This document shows positions 57,001 to 64,000 of a stretch of DNA of 64,000 nt, piece after piece; the stretch's first letter is position 1, and each line of letters begins with the position of its first letter. The position numbers were made by a program, and so were the translations under genes. The stretch is from Auanema rhodensis. Lineage: Eukaryota > Animalia > Nematoda. The notes below the pieces were generated by a model. The model made no database searches. It was not told the DNA's origin and saw nothing but the letters and a program-made list of their open reading frames with translations. The stretch is taken from assembly GCA_964057225.1 (NCBI GenBank), contig OZ059898.1, positions 2,294,001 to 2,358,000 of the forward strand. The letters are read 5' to 3'.

Positions 57001-60000
57001 TAGTGCATTCGATGCGGATTTTTAAGCTGCGTCGATCTGTGTTATCAGATTTGCGCTAGCTTAAAAATGCACCGAGATATCAACTGATATAAGTTCACAC
57101 TTATATCCTCGATTTTCACCCTGAAGAATTAATTTTTTCGTTGAATAACATTGTCCATCGTCTTTGCCTTGAAAAAAGGAATCTAAAAACATCTACTTTT
57201 TGCTAAATTATTTTGAATTTTTTCGAAAAAATTTTTGTCAAAATGTTTTTGGAAGCAATGTTGAGTGTACATGGAAACTCAACATACACTAATGCATCAT
57301 TTTTCAAACGATCATAACTAATTTTTGTATCAAGTGTTTCTCAATGTAGTATAGTGCATTCGATGCGGATTTTTAAGCTGCGTCGATCTGTGTTATCAGA
57401 TTTGCGCTAGCTTAAAAATGCACCGAGATATCAACTGATATAAGTTCACACTTATATCCTCGATTTTCACCCTGAAGAATTAATTTTTTCGTTGAATAAC
57501 ATTGTCCATCGTCTTTGCCTTGAAAAATGAAATCTAAAAACATCTACTTTTTGCTAAATTATTTTGAAATTTTTCGAAAAAATTTTTGTCAAAATGTTTT
57601 TGGAAGCAATGTTGAGTGTACATGGAAACTCAACATACACTAATGCATCATTTTTTAAACGATCATAACTAATTTTTGTATCAAGTGTTTCTCAATGTAG
57701 TATAGTGCATTCGATGCGGATTTTTAAGCTGCGTCGATCTGTGTTATCAGATTTGCGCTAGCTTAAAAATGCACCGAGATATCAACTGATATAAGTTCAC
57801 ACATATATACCCGATTTTCACCCTGAAGAATTAATTTTTTCGTTGAATAACATTGTCCATCGTCTTTGCCTTGAAAAAAGGAATCTAAAAACATCTACTT
57901 TTTGCTAAATTATTTTGAATTTTTTCGAAAAAATTTTTGTCAAAATGTTTTTGGAAGCAATGTTGAGTGTACATGGAAACTCAACATACACTAATGCATC
58001 ATTTTTCAAACGATCATAACTAATTTTTGTATCAAGTGTTTCTCAATGTAGTATAGTGCATTCGATGCGGATTTTTAAGCTGCGTCGATCTGTGTTATCA
58101 GATTTGCGCTAGCTTAAAAATGCACCGAGATATCAACTGATATAAGTTCACACTTATATCCTCGATTTTCACCCTGAAGAATTAATTTTTTCGTTGAATA
58201 ACATTGTCCATCGTCTTTGCCTTGAAAAATGAAATCTAAAAACATCTACTTTTTGCTAAATTATTTTGAAATTTTTCGAAAAAATTTTTGTCAAAATGTT
58301 TTTGGAAGCAATGTTGAGTGTACATGGAAACTCAACATACACTAATGCATCATTTTTCAAACGATCATAACTAATTTTTGTATCAAGTGTTTCTCAATGT
58401 AGTATAGTGCATTCGATGCGGATTTTTAAGCTGCGTCGATCTGTGTTATCAGATTTGCGCTAGCTTAAAAATGCACCGAGATATCAACTGATATAAGTTC
58501 ACACATATATACCCGATTTTCACCCTGAAGAATTAATTTTTTCGTTGAATAACATTGTCCATCGTCTTTGCCTTGAAAAAAGGAATCTAAAAACATCTAC
58601 TTTTTGCTAAATTATTTTGAAATTTTTCGAAAAAAATTTTGTCAAAATGTTTTTGGAAGCAATGTTGAGTGTACATGGAAACTCAACATACACTAATGCA
58701 TCATTTTTCAAACGATCATAACTAATTTTTGTATTAAGCGTTTCTCAATGTAGTATAGTGCATTCGATGCGGATTTTTAAGCTGCGTCGATCTGTGTTAT
58801 CAGATTTGCGCTAGCTTAAAAATGCACCGAGATATCAACTGATATAAGTTCACACTTATATCCTCGATTTTCATCCTGAAGAAATAATTTTTTCGTTGAA
58901 TAACATTGTCCATCGTCTTTGCCTTGAAAAAAGGAATCTAAAAACATCTACTTTTTGCTAAATTATTTTGAAATTTTTCGAAAAAATTTTTGTCAAAATG
59001 TTTTTGGAAGCAATGTTGAGTGTACATGGAAACTCAACATACACTAATGCATCATTTTTCAAACGATCATAACTAATTTTTGTATCAAGTGTTTCTCAAT
59101 GTAGTATAGTGCATTCGATGCGGATTTTTAAGCTGCGTCGATCTGTGTTATCAGATTTGCGCTAGCTTAAAAATGCACCGAGATATCAACTGATATAAGT
59201 TTACACATATATACCCGATTTTCACCCTGAAGAATTAATTTTTTCGTTGAATAACATTGTCCATCGTCTTTGCCTTGAAAAAAGGAATCTAAAAACATCT
59301 ACTTTTTGCTAAATTATTTTGAAATTTTTCGAAAAAAATTTTGTCAAAATGTTTTTGGAAGCAATGTTGAGTGTACATGGAAACTCAACATACACTAATG
59401 CATCATTTTTCAAACGATCATAACTAATTTTTGTATTAAGCGTTTCTCAATGTAGTATAGTGCATTCGATGCGGATTTTTAAGCTGCGTCGATCTGTGTT
59501 ATCAGATTTGCGCTAGCTTAAAAATGCACCGAGATATCAACTGATATAAGTTCACACTTATATCCTCGATTTTCACCCTGAAGAAATAATTTTTTCGTTG
59601 AATAACATTGTCCATCGTCTTTGCCTTGAAAAAAGGAATCTAAAAACATCTACTTTTTGCTAAATTATTTTGAAATTTTTCGAAAAAATTTTTGTCAAAA
59701 TGTTTTTGGAAGCAATGTTGAGTGTACATGGAAACTCAACATACACTAATGCATCATTTTTCAAACGATCATAACTAATTTTTGTATCAAGTGTTTCTCA
59801 ATGTAGTATAGTGCATTCGATGCGGATTTTTAAGCTGCGTCGATCTGTGTTATCAGATTTGCGCTAGCTTAAAAATGCACCGAGATATCAACTGATATAA
59901 GTTCACACATATATACCCGATTTTCACCCTGAAGAATTAATTTTTTCGTTGAATAACATTGTCCATCGTCTTTGCCTTGAAAAAAGGAATCTAAAAACAT

Positions 60001-63000
60001 CTACTTTTTGCTAAATTATTTTGAAATTTTTCGAAAAAAGTTTTGTCAAAATGTTTTTGGAAGCAATGTTGAGTGTACATGAAAACTCAACATACACTAA
60101 TGCATCATTTTTCAAACGATCATAACTAATTTTTGTATTAAGCGTTTCTCAATGTAGTATAGTGCATTCGATGCGGATTTTTAAGCTGCGTCGATCTGTG
60201 TTATCAGATTTGCGCTAGCTTAAAAATGCACCGAGATATCAACTGATATAAGTTCACACTTATATCCTCGATTTTCACCCTGAAGAATTAATTTTTTCGT
60301 TGAATAACATTGTCTATCGTCTTTGCCTTGAAAAATGGAAACTAAAAACATCTACTTTTTGCTAAATTATTTTGAAATTTTTCGAAAAAATTTTTGTCAA
60401 AATGTTTTTGGAAGCAATGTTGAGTGTACATGGAAACTCAACATACACTAATGCATCATTTTTCAAACGATCATAACTAATTTTTGTATTAAGCGTTTCT
60501 CAATGTAGTATAGTGCATTCGATGCGGATTTTTAAGCTGCGTCGATCTGTGTTATCAGATTTGCGCTAGCTGAAAAATGCACCGAGATATCAACTGATAT
60601 AAGTTCACACTTATATCTTCGATTTTCACCATGAAGAATTAATTTTTTCGTTGAATAACATTGTCTATCGTCTTTGCCTTGAAAAATGGAATCTAAAAAC
60701 ATCTACTTTTTGCTAAATTATTTTGAAATTTTTCGAAAAAATTTTTGTCAAAATGTTTTTGGAAGCAATGTTGAGTGTACATGGAAACTCAACATACACT
60801 AATGCATCATTTTTCAAACGATCATAACTAATTTTTGTATTAAGCGTTTCTCAATGTAGTATAGTGCATTCGATGCGGATTTTTAAGCTGCGTCGATCTG
60901 TGTTATCAGATTTGCGCTAGCTTAAAAATGCACCGAGATATCAACTGATATAAGTTCACACTTATATCCTCGATTTTCACCCTGAAGAAATAATTTTTTC
61001 GTTGAATAAAATTGTCCATCGTCTTTGCCTTGAAAAAAGGAATCTAAAAACATCTACTTTTTGCTAAATTATTTTGAAATTTTTCGAAAAAATTTTTGTC
61101 AAAATGTTTTTGGAAGCAATGTTGAGTGTACATGGAAACTCAACATACACTAATGCATCATTTTTCAAACGATCATAACTTATTTTTGTAACAAGCGTTT
61201 CTTAATGTAGTATAGTGCATTCGATGCGGATTTTTAAGCTGCGTCGATCTGTGTTATCAGATTTGCGCTAGCTTAAAAATGCACCGAGATATCAACTGAT
61301 ATAAGTTCACACTTATATCCTCGATTTTCACCCTGAAGAATTAATTTTTTCGTTGAATAACATTGTCCATCGTCTTTGCCTTGAAAAAAGGAATCTAAAA
61401 ACATCTACTTTTTGCTAAATTATTTTGAAATTTTTCGAAAAAATTTTTGTCAAAATGTTTTTGGAAGCAATGTTGAGTGTACATGGAAACTCAACATACA
61501 CTAATGCATCATTTTTCAAACGATCATAACTAATTTTTGTATTAAGCGTTCTTCAATGTAGTATAGTGCATTCGATGCGGATTTTTAAGCTGCGTCGATC
61601 TGTGTTATCAGATTTGCGCTAGCTTAAAAATGCACCGAGATATCAACTGATATAAGTTCACACTTATATCCTCGATTTTCACCCTGAAGAATTAATTTTT
61701 TCGTTGAATAACATTGTCCATCGTCTTTGCCTTGAAAAAAGGAATCTAAAAACATCTACTTTTTGCTAAATTATTTTGAAATTTTTCGAAAAAATTTTTG
61801 TCAAAATGTTTTTGGAAGCAATGTTGAGTGTACATGGAAACTCAACATACACTAATGCATCATTTTTCAAACAATCATAACTAATTTTTGTATTAAGCGT
61901 TCTTCAATGTAGTATAGTGCATTCGATGCGGATTTTTAAGCTGCGTCGATCTGTGTTATCAGATTTGCGCTAGCTTAAAAATGCACCGAGATATCAACTG
62001 ATATAAGTTCACACTTATATCCTCGATTTTCACCCTGAAGAATTAATTTTTTCGTTGAATAACATTGTCCATCGTCTTTGCCTTGAAAAATGGAATCTAA
62101 AAACATCTACTTTTTGCTAAATTATTTTGAAATTTTTCGAAAAAATTTTTGTCAAAATGTTTTTGGAAGCAATGTTGAGTGTACATGGAAACTCAACATA
62201 CACTAATGCATCATTTTTCAAACGATCATAACTAATTTTTGTATTAAGCGTTCTTCAATGTAGTATAGTGCATTCGATGCGGATTTTTAAGCTGCGTCGA
62301 TCTGTGTTATCAGATTTGCGCTAGCTTAAAAATGCACCGAGATATCAACTGAGATAAGTTCACACTTATATCCTCGATTTTCACCCTGAAGAATTAATTT
62401 TTTCGTTGAATAACATTGTCCATCGTCTTTGCCTTGAAAAATGGAATCTAAAAACATCTACTTTTTGCTAAATTATTTTGAAATTTTTCGAAAAAATTTT
62501 TGTCAAAATGTTTTTGGAAGCAATGTTGAGTGTACATGGAAACTCAACATACACTAATGCATCATTTTTCAAACGATCATAACTAATTTTTGTATTAAGC
62601 GTTTCTCAATGTAGTATAGTGCATTCGATGCGGATTTTTAAGCTGCGTCGATCTGTGTTATCAGATTTGCGCTAGCTTAAAAATGCACCGAGATATCAAC
62701 TGATATAAGTTCACACTTATATCCTCGATTTTCATCCTGAAGAAATAATTTTTTCGTTGAATAACATTGTCCATCGTCTTTGCCTTGAAAAAAGGAATCT
62801 AAAAACATCTACTTTTTGCTAAATTATTTTGAAATTTTTCGAAAAAATTTTTGTCAAAATGTTTTTGGAAGCAATGTTGAGTGTACATGGAAACTCAACA
62901 TACACTAATGCATCATTTTTCAAACGATCATAACTAATTTTTGTATCAAGTGTTTCTCAATGTAGTATAGTGCATTCGATGCGGATTTTTAAGCTGCGTC

Positions 63001-64000
63001 GATCTGTGTTATCAGATTTGCGCTAGCTTAAAAATGCACCGAGATATCAACTGATATAAGTTTACACATATATACCCGATTTTCACCCTGAAGAATTAAT
63101 TTTTTCGTTGAATAACATTGTCCATCGTCTTTGCCTTGGAAAAAGGAATCTAAAAACATCTACTTTTTGCTAAATTATTTTGAAATTTTTCGAAAAAAAT
63201 TTTGTCAAAATGTTTTTGGAAGCAATGTTGAGTGTACATGGAAACTCAACATACACTAATGCATCATTTTTCAAACGATCATAACTAATTTTTGTATTAA
63301 GCGTTTCTCAATGTAGTATAGTGCATTCGATGCGGATTTTTAAGCTGCGTCGATCTGTGTTATCAGATTTGCGCTAGCTTAAAAATGCACCGAGATATCA
63401 ACTGATATAAGTTCACACTTATATCCTCGATTTTCACCCTGAAGAAATAATTTTTTCGTTGAATAACATTGTCCATCGTCTTTGCCTTGAAAAAAGGAAT
63501 CTAAAAACATCTACTTTTTGCTAAATTATTTTGAAATTTTTCGAAAAAATTTTTGTCAAAATGTTTTTGGAAGCAATGTTGAGTGTACATGGAAACTCAA
63601 CATACACTAATGCATCATTTTTCAAACGATCATAACTAATTTTTGTATCAAGTGTTTCTCAATGTAGTATAGTGCATTCGATGCGGATTTTTAAGCTGCG
63701 TCGATCTGTGTTATCAGATTTGCGCTAGCTTAAAAATGCACCGAGATATCAACTGATATAAGTTCACACATATATACCCGATTTTCACCCTGAAGAATTA
63801 ATTTTTTCGTTGAATAACATTGTCCATCGTCTTTGCCTTGAAAAAAGGAATCTAAAAACATCTACTTTTTGCTAAATTATTTTGAAATTTTTCGAAAAAA
63901 GTTTTGTCAAAATGTTTTTGGAAGCAATGTTGAGTGTACATGAAAACTCAACATACACTAATGCATCATTTTTCAAACGATCATAACTAATTTTTGTATT
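54055..64000. repeat. Haplotype domain E (monomers 155-183)
   Basis: T118C+C122T (gtatCaagTg), T239A+C245A+T247C (cacAtatatAcCcg) and T19A, interrupted by other types at about 60.0-62.5 kb. Confidence 0.75.

Larger units (their letters stand above)
1..64000. repeat. Tandem satellite DNA array, 351-bp monomer, about 182.3 head-to-tail copies; continues to both window edges
   Basis: The unit beginning tgaaatttttcgaaaaaatttttgtc recurs at 1, 352, ..., 3511, 7021, 14041, 28081, 56161 and 63181, all equal to 1+351k. Copies differ from consensus by about 0-6 substitutions, and no unique sequence or inversion was seen. Confidence 0.99.

Noticed and set aside
1-64000. CRISPR array or cassette array (palindromic repeats at a fixed period)
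   Set aside because: The sequence between palindromes is as conserved as the palindromes. There are no unique spacers or cassettes and no cas or integrase genes.
1-64000. Rolling-circle or concatemer sequencing artefact
   Set aside because: Variants are shared in ordered haplotype blocks at several offsets rather than scattered randomly, which indicates genuine array evolution. Individual duplications still need read support.

Overview
The whole 64,000-bp window is one uninterrupted head-to-tail tandem array of a 351-bp AT-rich monomer (about 31% GC by hand count), about 182.3 copies, all in the same orientation. It looks like a eukaryotic satellite DNA array, possibly centromeric or pericentromeric; I cannot assign the organism or family from sequence alone. 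I found no genes, RNA genes, CRISPR spacers or transposon insertions. The ten listed 63-aa ORFs are by-products of one substitution that removes a stop codon. Three kinds of structure are visible. (1) The 351-bp register holds across the window (monomer 181 starts at 63181 = 1+180x351) and I saw no indels. (2) Each monomer carries four dyad symmetries plus a cluster of A/T tracts. (3) Diagnostic substitutions divide the array into haplotype domains with nested higher-order duplications (periods or offsets of 2, 3, 4, 5, 9, 11, 12, 22 and 28 monomers), which record recent amplification. Variants are given as monomer position (e.g. C255G), with monomer n starting at 1+351(n-1). All variant calls were made by eye. 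I found no evidence for a novel protein-coding or defence system.
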